Position numbers and translations under genes: made by a program. Positions 14,583 through 27,275 of a stretch of DNA of 64,000 nucleotides are shown in pieces (position 1 is the stretch's first letter; each line of letters starts with the position of its first letter). The notes beneath the pieces were generated by a model. It was given only the letters and a program-made list of their open reading frames with translations, was not told the origin of the DNA and searched no databases. This DNA comes from Octopus vulgaris (lineage: Eukaryota). The stretch covers positions 41,850,001-41,914,000 of the forward strand of contig OX597820.1 in NCBI GenBank assembly GCA_951406725.2. Reading direction: 5' to 3'.

Positions 14583-14675
14583 TCAGAGGTTCACGCTCCT
14601 GTTCGTCGTGTCCGAACGGGAAGGTGAAACTCTTAGTAACAATGTTTGTGATATTTTTGCTGCTTTTTAACAAAG
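14580..14675 (+). mobile_element. Short (TA)n-embedded foldback element, family H1 (truncated)
   Basis: Left part tactcagaggttcacgctcctgttcgtcg is roughly inverted relative to gtccgaacgggaaggtgaaactcttagta; tail tttgtgatatttttgctgcttttt is homologous to 23923-23955. Confidence 0.7.
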
Positions 14676-14696
14676 TATATATATATATATATATAT

Positions 14697-14781
<85 letters not shown>

Positions 14782-14930
14782 GAAATGAAGAAAATGCTGA
14801 CAAATAATTGAAGTAATTTAAGTAATTTAATTAGGTGAAAGTTCTTTTTTCCGGTTGCGCATTTGTTATGCTTATCAAAATATAAAGGAGAGATTAGAGT
14901 TCCTTTATTATAGAATTTTTCCTCTTATCT

Positions 14931-14974
<44 letters not shown>

Positions 14975-14987
14975 CACACACGCACAC

Positions 14988-15303
14988 GTCAAGGTGACCA
15001 GCCCTCTTCCACACGCACATAAATGCTCTCTTATACACACGCATGCGCTCCTTCATTTTGGGATCACCACTACTTTATTATCTCCCCTTCTTCCTAGCTC
15101 TCCTATGTGACCCCACTGTCCGGTCCATGATACATCGCTAGCCGCTACCCATGCTTTATTTTCTACCCTTCTTTCTTTCTGTGTCGTTTTCGGTGGAATA
15201 GCGTAGGCACGAAACGTTAATGACTTTTTCACTTCCCGAGCTTTAAACATGTTTGTTATCTACACCACCTGTCTCCGTCTTTTGTTTTTTTTGTGAATTC
15301 TCA

Positions 15304-15305
<2 letters not shown>
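14988..15305 (+). mobile_element. Short repeat family H2 (possible Penelope-like terminal repeat), ends in (TA)n
   Basis: 3' half is homologous to 51678-51866 (gcgtaggcacgaaacgtta...tacaccacctgtctccgtcttttgttt). Confidence 0.65.
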
Positions 15306-15377
<72 letters not shown>

Positions 15378-16172
15378 TATATATACACACACAACTATCA
15401 AATGTGAAACTATTAACATGTATACAAATGTATATGTATATACACAGTGAAACCATATAAAAGTGAAACTATTATATCACATTACAATAGAGATGTTATT
15501 TCGATTTTGACACGTAATACCGAAACAGTCTAAGAGATTGCATTGCTTCGGAATCGCATTAGGCAAGAAGTTGAAAATTGTTTTGGCCCATGATACTCCA
15601 TGGACCCTAATCAATGCATGTGTAAAACTTGAATGGAATCGGTTGGTTAGTTGTCGAGTTGTAGTGATGCATACATACAGATACACAAGCACAGGCAGAC
15701 AAACACACATCCTCAGCTTTACATATATATATATATATATATATATATGGATCTATAATGCTTTGGGGAAGACAGAAAAGGAAAGAATACAATATAAATA
15801 TGTCACAAACCTACACGAAATACACAATAAGTATATACAATAAAATAAAGATGCAAATATCTGGATATACAATATCATACATTTAAAAGGTAGAGAGAAA
15901 TCATTGAATACGTTGGACTCAAAGGTATTTATACAAAATTTATATTATGCATGCAAAGGTCGTTATATTAGTATAAGTATTCCAGAAAGTAACGTACTAG
16001 TTGAAATTTATATATTTGGTCACATGTGTGTTTGAGTGCGTGTGCGTGTCTGTATGTGTGTGCGTTTGTGTGGAGAGAGAGAGATAGTGAGGGAGAGAAG
16101 AAGCAACAAATATAATGATAAACAGACCGACAGAGAGACAGATAGACATATAAATAGAGAGATAGATAGATT

Positions 16173-16239
<67 letters not shown>

Positions 16240-16294
16240 TTTATGTATAGAGAAAGGACAGAAGACAAAATCATGTAAGACTTTTATCATTAAC

Positions 16295-16437
16295 AGGTGC
16301 AGGCGTGGCTGTGTAGTAAAAAAACCTTGCTTCACAACCACATAGTTCTGTGTTCAGTTCCTTGGTTCCTTGGGCAAGTTTATTCTACCAGAGCCTTGTG
16401 AGTGGATTTGGTAGACGGAAACTGAAATAAGCCTGTC

Positions 16438-16498
<61 letters not shown>

Positions 16499-16499
16499 C

Positions 16500-16562
<63 letters not shown>

Positions 16563-16875
16563 TGTGTGTATATGTGTGTGTGAGTGTTTGTGTCTGTGTT
16601 TTCCCTCCACCATTGTTTGACAACCGTGGAGCACCGCATTTTAATCGAAGAAATCGATCACTGGACTTATTCCTTGCAAGCCTGGTACTAATTCTATCGG
16701 TCTATTTTGCCGAACCGCAAAGTCACGGTAACCTTGCGGTTCGGCAAAATAAACCGATAGAATTAGTACCAGGCTTGCAAGGAATAAGTCCAGTGATCGA
16801 TTTCTTCGACTAAAATGCGGTGCTCCAGCATGGCCACAGTCAAAATGACTGAAACACGTAAAAAGAATAAAATAA

Positions 16876-16879
<4 letters not shown>
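16295..16879 (+). mobile_element. SINE family A, full length with internal (TA)n(TG)n and a 100-bp inverted duplication
   Basis: Head gcaggcgtggctgtgtagtaa...gtgttcagttcc; ccttgtgagtggatttggtagacggaaactgaa; tail gcggtgctccagcatggccacagtcaaaatgactgaaac; homologous to 23129-23497. Confidence 0.9.
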
Positions 16880-16931
<52 letters not shown>

Positions 16932-17779
16932 TATATATTCTGCGGATATAAGTATTCACGGTAAGTAATTTACTGGTGTGATATCGTTTTCATATAGGAT
17001 GCTCTAAGTTGGATTTAGCTCTGCCTATACGTAAAATCAATGGACAATATAAATTTACACAGAAAATGAGAAAAATTAATACAAAACATCAACGTTTTGC
17101 TGCTGTTTCTTTACTTAGAAAAATTCCGAAAACAACTCTAATAACCGGAGTTAATATTTTAAACATATTTTTATATAAATTCAACGAAAAGTAAATCTCT
17201 TAGAAAAATAAATATACATTTGTCGAGTAAAGAATCTTAGAAGTAATTGGTAAACATTAAAGAAATTCGTTTTTAGTGCAATAATGTAACGGAATTTAAT
17301 GATTGCTAAACGGACAGGACACTAGAACATGAAATCACGTCCTATATTTTAATATAAATTCCTATATATTAATGATGGCTTATCTGGACATCAACACATG
17401 TTTATATCATTCGCAGTAGTAAAGTAGCTGGCGTGAGGTCGGCATGAGCGGGCAAGGCGCCTTACATCAAAGTTACTAATTACACGCATAGTGGTGAATG
17501 GTAGAAGTTAATTCTGAAAGTTGGAGCCGTAAAGAAAAATTCTTGTTTCGGTTGCAAAAGGATTTACAAACATCTCTAATATATTATATTTTAATATCTG
17601 TTTATGAAATGTGCATTAAAAGAGCTAAAAAAAATACTAATACTCTAAACAAGAAATCATGAATTCAGTTTCCAACAATGATATATTTGCTCTTAGCAAA
17701 AATTCGTTGAATATTTTACGAACTTTGTCGTAAAATATTTCGCATCGAAAATATATTTTCATTATCATCGTGTGTGAGA

Positions 17780-17843
17780 AAGCGCCTGGCTTAGTGCTTA
17801 GGGTATTTGGCTTACGATCAAACAGTTGTGAGTTCGATTTTCC
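17780..17843 (+). mobile_element. tRNA-like SINE head fragment (family C-like)
   Basis: tggcttagtgcttagggtatttggc...gtgagttcgatt resembles 13575-13630. Confidence 0.55.
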
Positions 17844-17844
17844 T

Positions 17845-18060
17845 TGGTACTTAATTTATGGACCCCGAAAGGATGACAGGCGAAGTCGACCTCGGCGGAA
17901 TTTGAACTCAAAGCGTACAGACAGACGAAATACCGCTAAGCATTTCGCCCGGCGTGCTAACGTTTCTTCTTTCTTTATTGCCCGCAAGGGGCTAAACATA
18001 GAGGGGTTAAACAAGGACAGACAAAGGGATTAAGTCGATTACATTGACCCCCAGTGCGTA
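17845..18060 (-). mobile_element. SINE family B with its two halves in permuted order
   Basis: gaccccgaaaggatgacaggcgaagtcgacctcggcggaatttgaactc (B box gagttcaaattcc on minus) precedes the segment ending gattaagtcgattacattgacccccagtgcgta, the reverse of the order seen at 42655-42822. Confidence 0.85.
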
Positions 18061-20885
18061 TACACACATATATATATACAGAGAGAGAGAGAGAGAGAGA
18101 GTGAGAGAGAGAGGGGGGAGAAAAGAACTGAAATGAAGTTGCATCATGTGTTAGTTAAGGTGATAATAGAGAGAGATATGAGAAAAATGAAGCAAATTGA
18201 AATGACATTGAATTGGTGCAGACCTATCATTTTACATGCGAACACACACACGCAAACATATATACATATATGTATTCACTGAGAACAGTAATATCTGGTT
18301 GTGGTGATGTGGATAATGTGTTAGTTCACTCAGTTGGTAGTATGTTAGTTAATTGAGAGGAAGCAAATTATTTTTGTAAACCGAAATTTCAAAAAAATAT
18401 ATCGTAAGAGCGCGTGTGCCTCAATGGAAATGTTATGCCCCGGGAAACATTTTGTACAAGGAATAATTTTATTTTAAGTCTCTATTAAAAATGTCCAATC
18501 AAAAGAAAACTACATGAAATGAGTTGAAAGGCTCCTTTCTTCTTGCTTAACTTAATTCTAATTGTGGTTTTAACAAATAGTTTGTTTTGTGTATTTGACA
18601 AGAATGTAATACAGTTGTTTTTTTAATGAAGTTTTAATAGTTCTGTAGAAAATAATGGAGTCTCTATCCTGCGGACAATTGTCATCTTATTTTTATACGT
18701 ACCGTCGTGAGCACTTGTATTAGGAGACACATATGTAACTTTTGTAGAAATACACGTTAACAACACACTAAATTGCAGTTATTAGTTTAAATTAATATTT
18801 GGTATTATTAAAATTAATACAAATTTCTACAATGTCAATTTGAAACTAATACCGTCAGCAAATCAACTAACCACGAGGCCTTCGTAATTAAATATTAGTA
18901 CACCATTCTCGTGATTCACTGCTCAGATAGAGAAATCTGTAAATAAGTTAACGTAGTCCACAGCCAATGAAAAAGTAGCTCGAACCCTTTAAAATAAATC
19001 TAACTACATTTACTCAATTGCCTGCTTAGAATGATAGGAATAAAAGGGTTAGAATAAAATGTGTTACAGAAATGATAAAGGGTTTTGTTAAATAAAGAAT
19101 GACGAGAAAAGGAGAATAGAAAACTTGCACAGAAGACGAGTGATAGACATGATTTGTATAGCAGGAGGAAATTCAGAGATTGAGACTGTGCACTACAACA
19201 TATGAGTAATTGAGAGTGTATGTGTATGCGTGTGTATAGAAAGCAGAATATTGCTGCAAATTATACGTTATAAAATGTCTGCTGTTTACTGAACAAAATG
19301 GCGAAGACGGAGAGAAAAATAATGGAAAAGATAGGTGTGTAGAGCTGCAAAATGACTCAGTTAGAAGCGTAACTTTGCCTTTGAAACTATTTGTCACGAC
19401 AATGTCCTACTGAAAATATAATCCTTTGCGACAGTTAGCGATAATTTGCTTACAAATTCTTGTTGGATGGGAAAATGAGGTTAAATAACACCAGCCTAAT
19501 TAAATAAGCGAGATGACTCGTCAATTGATTTGCGAAGATACACTAAGCATGCGCTGTTGAATATGAAATATCGGTGTAATATCAAAGTTTATCTAGAAAC
19601 ACATGTCTCGTGCAACATTGAAGCGCAGGAAATTAATAGCACTTCCAAAGTTGGTGGTAAAATAACGCGAATATTTTATTGACAAGGAAAATAAAAATTA
19701 AATATCAAATTTAATTTGAATGTGAATAATATGTTTACTTAAATTATCCCATGTTGGCTGAATTCTTGTTAATATGAAGGCAATACCTCTCAGTGGAGTA
19801 TTTGAAATTAGAATATTAATCAGTTTTAATATATTTTCTTTTACTAAAAGTTGTTATTGTAGATTAAGGGATTCCACTTCGTTAGATTGATATTCTTCCA
19901 GCCTTTTCTCCTCTATTTCAAGTTATTTTTGTTTCTTCTTCAGTGTATTTTTATGCTTTATGATTGATATATTTATAAACCAGAAAATAGCATTGCTTCA
20001 AAAGAACATTATTCATTTTCGAAATCATTTTATAAAATCTATTTAATAAAATACAGTTTCCCATGTAAGCAAATATTTACTGTTATACTTAAATAGCGAT
20101 ATATATATGTGTGTATGTGTGTATGTATATGCATATGTATATGTATATGTATATATATATATGTATATATACAATATATATATATTATATATTGTATATA
20201 TATAGATACATATATACATATATATTATACACACGCATATGTGTGTATATATATATGTATATGTATATGTGTGTGTTTGTGTGTGTGTGTATGTATATGT
20301 GTGTGTGTTACTGTGTGTAAAGATACAAACAGTCGAAACAGATGTAGGTGGTATATTCTTCACACCATAACACATTTCCTTCAAAACATTCACATATTTG
20401 CTACTTGCAGCCACATAGAGATGATAGGTACGGTTTATATATATTGACAGAAAGAAGTGTCCACCGGTCATCTAATTACTATGAAACAACTTTGTCCATA
20501 TCAGTTATATTTCGATTGTTATTGCAATTTTTATGCCACAAGTCCTTTAATATATCATCTATATATCTACATACACTGCTGGCTATAAAGATTTGTATGT
20601 ATTTAATTACGCATAGTCTTATATGTACAATGATCATTTTAATACCTATGCAATGAAACCACGATGCTGATGTTTCTCCTTATCTATTGAAGCCTGTATT
20701 GTATAGTACAATGTATGATCCATTGGCATTTCGTGTGTCGAAAACTATTTACATACTCTACGACATCGCACTCATGCATAACAACTATACACATATATAT
20801 GATTCATGTTTACATATAAATCCCACACATACACACACAAGCACATACACACACAAGCACATACACACAATAAAACGAACACTTG

Positions 20886-20971
<86 letters not shown>

Positions 20972-21070
20972 CTCTCTCTATATATATATATCTATTTGTA
21001 CGTCATCCGTGCATCCAGCCATCCTTCCTTCAATCTCTCTAACTATCTATCTCTTTACCTACCTACTTAC

Positions 21071-21134
<64 letters not shown>

Positions 21135-22646
21135 TCATTTATCTAGCTAGCTAGCTATCATTCTCTCGAGCAAGCAAACAAACTAGCTAGTCAACGCACG
21201 AAGAGACTTACTAATTAGGTAGTGAAGTTATCCATCTTCATCACTTATGGGATCCACTGATGTAATGCGTATAAGCTGTATGGAATATAGCGGGACATGT
21301 CATATCATCGCCCGCAATCCTCGCCCGCGTTTAAGATATTCTACTCTCAGTGGCAAGTTTCATCTTGTTTAGAACTGTTGTAATATTTTGGTGCAGTTTA
21401 GTACAAAGAATATAAGAAAACACACGACTCCAATGCATACGCTTTGCATTCAGTCTGAATAAGAAGCATCAATATAAGGTTCAGATATTTTATGGGGTTA
21501 TTATCATGTAACTCTCTTGTTGTATGCTTGTATTTTTCATTTCCCTATTTCTTCCTGCCACAAATTTCAAAACTTCTTTCGAAAACTATATAACTATATA
21601 TTCAACGCTTCCGGGAATAGGGATATTGTCAGTTTCGGAAGTGAATATCTTACGTCCACTTACATGTTTACACACACACAAGCGCCATCATAACTTACCA
21701 GACACGAACACATGAATGTGTGTATATGACCGTGTGCGTGTTTTGTGTGTGATTGTGTTTGCATCAAAGTCAACGATAAAGTAAAGGCGATGAATTAAAT
21801 AAAAATTGATAGAAAGTTATGTATATATACATGCCTGTATATGTGTAAGTGTGTGTGTGTGTATGTATGCTTATTCCTTCGTAATAACTAAGCAATTCGA
21901 GCTGTAGCCCATACTACTAATAATCCAAATAGTGTTTCCAGTAATCGCTAAGGAAGACCTACTTCTTAAAAATAGACGAACTGTCCAGCCACAATTCACA
22001 CAAAAGCCGAAGGAACAAGACTGAGCGTTGTCACTATTGAAGAAGTGGCGACTTTACAGGTTTCAATGTTCTACTATAATAAATACCATTTTCACAAATT
22101 CGATGGAGAAACTGGAGGCTTGGGACATTCACTATATATTAATGAACACGCAGACCGGTTGTTATTGTTGTTGTTGCTGTGGTTGTTGTTGTTCTTAATA
22201 GTGTTGTATTCAGCCAAATTCTTTAATCTAAAGCTGAAATCTGTCATTCTGTGAAGCTGTAGCCTTATCAATGCAAGATTTTTCATATTGCCAGGTCGTT
22301 GAAGTTGCATCTTGATCATTATTCTTTAGCCAGAGGCATTGAGAAAAGCTTCAGGAAACACGACGTACCTTGGGCAAATATAGCAAGCTCGTATGTATTG
22401 TTGATCTGTGAGTTTTTAAATTTGGTTATTCTTCTATATGTCTGAATTAAAAGTATGATTTAGAATTGCATATATTCTCTTTTATTTTCTTCGCTTTCAA
22501 AATGTCTATATATATAATCACGTACGTATGTGGAATTATTGTGTGTATATATGTATGTATGTATTATATATGCGAATATGAATGTGAATGTAACTTCAGA
22601 TACACATACATGTATACATACATATATATGTATGTGTGTGTATGTG

Positions 22647-22679
<33 letters not shown>

Positions 22680-23128
22680 ATGTATGTACATAATTGAATG
22701 TATGTGAATGTATGTGCATATATATATACTTCTGCTAGCTATGCAACCAGCTTGAAAAATAAGATTTGGAGATATAGATATACTCAAATGAATATAAACA
22801 TCTATGTAGACATGCGCACAATCACGTAGATACTCAATCACGCGCACGCGCACACACACACACACTCACACACACACACAGACCCTCAGATGATTGAATA
22901 TACGTATATGTATATTCGTGGTAGTTCTAAGTGGGTGTTGGCGGCAGTGCGCATGTGTATGAGATAGTGTGATGGCGAGTTACGTATATGTATATAACTG
23001 TATTGTTAATTAGCTATCAAGTTTAGAATATAGCTTATCCTCAATTAAACATTTTATTGTAAAGTAAAGCCCGCAGGATTCTTGTCCTTGCTTTCCAATG
23101 TACAATACGATAAAGTTGAATGGATTCA

Positions 23129-23497
23129 GCAAGTAGCTTGCTAACCAACCACATGGTTCCGGGTTCAGTCCCACTGCGTGGCATCTTGGGCAAGTGTCTT
23201 CTGCTATAGCCCCGGGCTGACCAATGCCTTGTGAGTGGATTTGGTAGACGGAAACTGAAAGAAGCCTGTCGTATATATGTATATATATATATATATGTGT
23301 GTGTGTATATGTTTGTGTGTCTGTGTTTGTCCCCCTAGCATTGCTTGACAACCGTCACTTAGCGGTTCGGCAAAAGAGACCGATAGAATAAGTACTGGGC
23401 TTACAAAGAATAAGTCCTGGGGTCGATTTGCTCGACTAAAGGCGGTGCTCCAGCATGGCCGCAGTCAAATGACTGAAACAAGTAAAAGAGTAAAGAG
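23129..23497 (+). mobile_element. SINE family A, well preserved copy
   Basis: ggttccgggttcagtccc (B-box-like), cttgggcaagtgtcttct, central (TA)n(TG)n, tail ggcggtgctccagcatggccgcagtcaaatgactgaaacaagtaaaagag. Confidence 0.92.
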
Positions 23498-23679
23498 AGA
23501 TATGAAAATGAGTTTATGTCAGAATCGCTAACTTGAACTCCTATGCTGCTCTTGTCAGCACAGCTTTGTAACCTCATGCGATTCATCTGACCTGCTAGAA
23601 ATAGTATCTTTTATCCTGTATTTGTTTTGGTCATTGCTGCCGAATGGATTAATCTCAGTACTTATTTTTTAGGTGGAAC

Positions 23680-23750
23680 TAAACACATCAATACTGGTTG
23701 TCAAGCAGCCACAGGGGCTAAAATACAGACACAAAGACACACACGCACAC
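23680..23750 (-). mobile_element. SINE family A internal fragment
   Basis: ggttgtcaagca...acagacacaaa is approximately the reverse complement of 23312-23353. Confidence 0.55.
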
Positions 23751-23785
23751 ACTTAGATATACATACATACATATATGTATATACA

Positions 23786-24030
23786 TTATTGAAAAGCATC
23801 AAAAATATCACAAAAATATTACTCAGATTCACGTTCCCTTTCGTCGGACAATTTAGTTTAGAATGGAACAGAAATAAGGTTTAATTGTCCGACGAGCGGG
23901 TACGTGAAATTCTGAATAACAGTTTTTGTGATATATTTGTTGCTTTTCAATAAAGCATATTACTCTACCTCTGGTATTCAAGTACTACTTTTTCCAAGTT
24001 GTTTCTCATTCATATGCTTACTCCGGTACA
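23786..24030 (+). mobile_element. Foldback element family H1 with hammerhead-like motif (possible Penelope-like inverted terminal repeat)
   Basis: Inverted arms 23786-23853 and 23883-23953, then AATAAA and a ~75-nt unique tail; sits in TA/CA microsatellite. Confidence 0.75.
23883..23924 (+). ncRNA. Type I minimal hammerhead-ribozyme-like motif (variant core CCGACGA)
   Basis: Stem I aattgt/acagtt; core CCGACGA; stem II gcg-ggta-cgt; GAAA; near-palindromic stem III attc-t-gaat; NUH triplet AUA. Confidence 0.45.
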
Positions 24031-24050
24031 TATGTACATATATATATATA

Positions 24051-24290
24051 TATTTTAAAATTATAAGTATATGAAAGAATGGAGTTGAACGACTAGTTAA
24101 CAAATATCCTTTATTCTCGACATTCTTTATCAACTCCATTCTTTCACATACTTATAATTTTAAAATAAACATACAAATTTCCACACGAAGACACGTAGTC
24201 TATGCCCTAGGGACGTAGCTTCAACCGTGTTCTTTCTGATGTGAATTTGCTACCCAGGTATCGGTTATCTTTCGAATCATCCTTAATAAG

Positions 24291-24292
<2 letters not shown>
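24051..24292 (+). mobile_element. (TA)n-embedded foldback-plus-tail element
   Basis: 38-bp inverted arms 24051-24088 and 24130-24167 (1 mismatch), AATAAA overlapping the arm end, ~125-nt tail, (TA)n on both sides. Confidence 0.65.
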
Positions 24293-24356
<64 letters not shown>

Positions 24357-25201
24357 CTTTCTCATATCTTGCCCTACAGTCTTAAAGGTTGTGTGGCATA
24401 ATATAAATTTCGTGAAACTATCCTGATTGTAATAATAATATAGATTTCATGAAACTATTCTGATGGAAATGTTACGGTTGGAATATATTTGATCGTATAT
24501 TTACTCGATGAAACATGATGAAACAGAGGTCAAATGACAATTCCAAGCAGACTGCAATGCTTCCATCTTCAAGCAATTGTACCTTTATGATATATACTCA
24601 ATTATCAGAGCTTTATTATCATCATTTATTTACCTTAGAAGCAGAATGTGAATGTTTTCTTTGATATTGAATATCATGGTTTTGATTGGCTATGTATAAT
24701 TAGTGATAATTAATAGAAGCGTGTCATGGTATTTTCTAGGATTGTTCCTGACTGTTGATTGTTGGTTTATGTCCAGATATTACAATGGATATATATACGA
24801 TTTGTTAAACTTTCTATGTAGTAATAAGTTATTAAATACTAGTCTCCATTTATTTTCAGTCTAGTTGTCGTAATACCGTTGTTCAACATATGAAACTATA
24901 CAGAATTGCAGAACTCGATAAATTGAAATAAAAGCTATCATATCAACTATAAAATGTATATATTTCTTTTGTCCTATAGACAACATTTCTATATTTTCTA
25001 TCGTGCGATTTCTAATTGTAAACTTTTAGTTACATTTTATAACTCAAGTTCTTCTAATTGTTGGAAATGTTATTTAGATATTGTTGCAGAATTTTTTGGT
25101 TACATATTATTCAGTTGTTCTTTAATCAAAGTCGATCCATTTTTGATTGTGTAGCGTTGCTGCCTCCATCCTCTCTTATGTGTGTGTATGTATGTATGTA
25201 C

Positions 25202-25251
<50 letters not shown>

Positions 25252-25293
25252 TTGTGTGTGTGTGTGCTTTATATATATATAGAAATATATGTA

Positions 25294-25335
<42 letters not shown>

Positions 25336-25555
25336 ATATTGAACACACATACACAAGATATGTTTTTTTGCTAGTATGTGGGTATAGGCGTAAGGAAGAA
25401 TATTCACATCCAAATGCCTAATGTTAAAAGAAAAGGAAATCATTGGCAAGCGAGCCACCTCGCATCTGGTCCCATTCGGAAGCGATAGTCATAGATGTTT
25501 CGTTATGATTGTGACTACTCAAAACTGCGTACCCGAACATATATACATACACACA

Positions 25556-25591
<36 letters not shown>

Positions 25592-25596
25592 CATAC

Positions 25597-25658
<62 letters not shown>

Positions 25659-26132
25659 TTGTGTGTGTATCTATATATGTATATATATATATATGTATGC
25701 ACGTATGTATACACATTCATATAGATACATATTTATGTGTGTGAGCATATACATACATGCATACATACATAGATATTTGTACATGTACGCACACACAAAT
25801 ATATGCACATACACATATATACATATGTACAGATATTTAAATGTACATACATTGTTTCGTATATGTGCGTGCTCGCTTGTATATGTTGTGTGTATGTGTT
25901 TGTATGAGCATGTGAGCGTGTGTGTATTTAAATATAAAACCTGTTTAAGTAGTGTACGGTCAATTTTCTATTGCTGCGTTGAACCTAAATGAATTATTCC
26001 TCCGGCACTCTGATGATAAAGCGGCCAAGTTCTCATATTTTCTTATTGTCATGGCTGCCGCACGTCATCGAAGAAATAAAACTCTGAGTAACCAGTGCAT
26101 TATCATATCATTACAGTCGAAATAATAGTATG

Positions 26133-26213
<81 letters not shown>

Positions 26214-27152
26214 ACATACACATACGCATGTATATAGAGAGAGGGAATGTGTGTGTGAGAGAGAGAGAGAATCACACATACATAAACATACACACACACA
26301 CACACAAACACCCACACATATCATTCAAATGCAACTTCAGTAGTGTATGAAATAAAGCAATCATTTGGGGAAGATTTTAGACGTCGTAACAGGAGGTCTT
26401 TACAGATTGTTATTCTGTATTATGCCTCGAACTTTCATTTTGGGAGCCTTCAAAATTGGCTTCCTGCATCCTCAGTGAAAATGGTAATGATATGTTTGAG
26501 GCCCTAAGTGTATAGCAGCATACCCAGGAACTACGTATTCCAACTTAATTAACAAAGGAACGCAAAGTTTGATGGCTTCCAGTACTTATATCCTTCAAAC
26601 GAACGTAAACATATGCTATATGTTTTATATATTGATTCGTGTCTGCGCATTTCTGTGTGTGCCGAGATGTTTATATGCTATGTAACATGAAGTCAGTCTA
26701 TTAGTAAGGAATGGCAAGTGTATGGAAGAGTAAGAGAAAGTGATAAACTTATATTTTATGGTAGAAATTCAGAAAGATTATAATAAGAGAAAACAAAGAG
26801 AGAGAGAGATATAGAGAGGAGAAATATCACCATGAGAAAAAAAAAAAAAAAGATAGAGAGAGGGAAAGTGGCAGGACAGAGGCATAGTGGAAATGCAATG
26901 TGAGTCATAGAACACACATACACACACACATACACACGTGTGTGTATATATGTGCAAAGAGTGACAGAGAGACAGACAGACAGACATACATAGAGAAATA
27001 GCGAGATAAAGAGAGTAATATAGAAGTTGATACAGATTAAAGATTAAAGCAAAATGTCGCAATGTCCGATGGTTAAGCTAGACAATATACGTGCGTGTAT
27101 GTATATGTATGCATGCACACAAGAACACATGCACACGCACACGCAAACACAA

Positions 27153-27275
<123 letters not shown>

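Noticed and set aside
26005-26098. Possible hammerhead (CTGATGA ... aaactctgagtaac, flanked by gcact/agtgc)
   Set aside because: Stem II does not close onto a GAAA and stem I is offset by 3 nt; likely coincidence.
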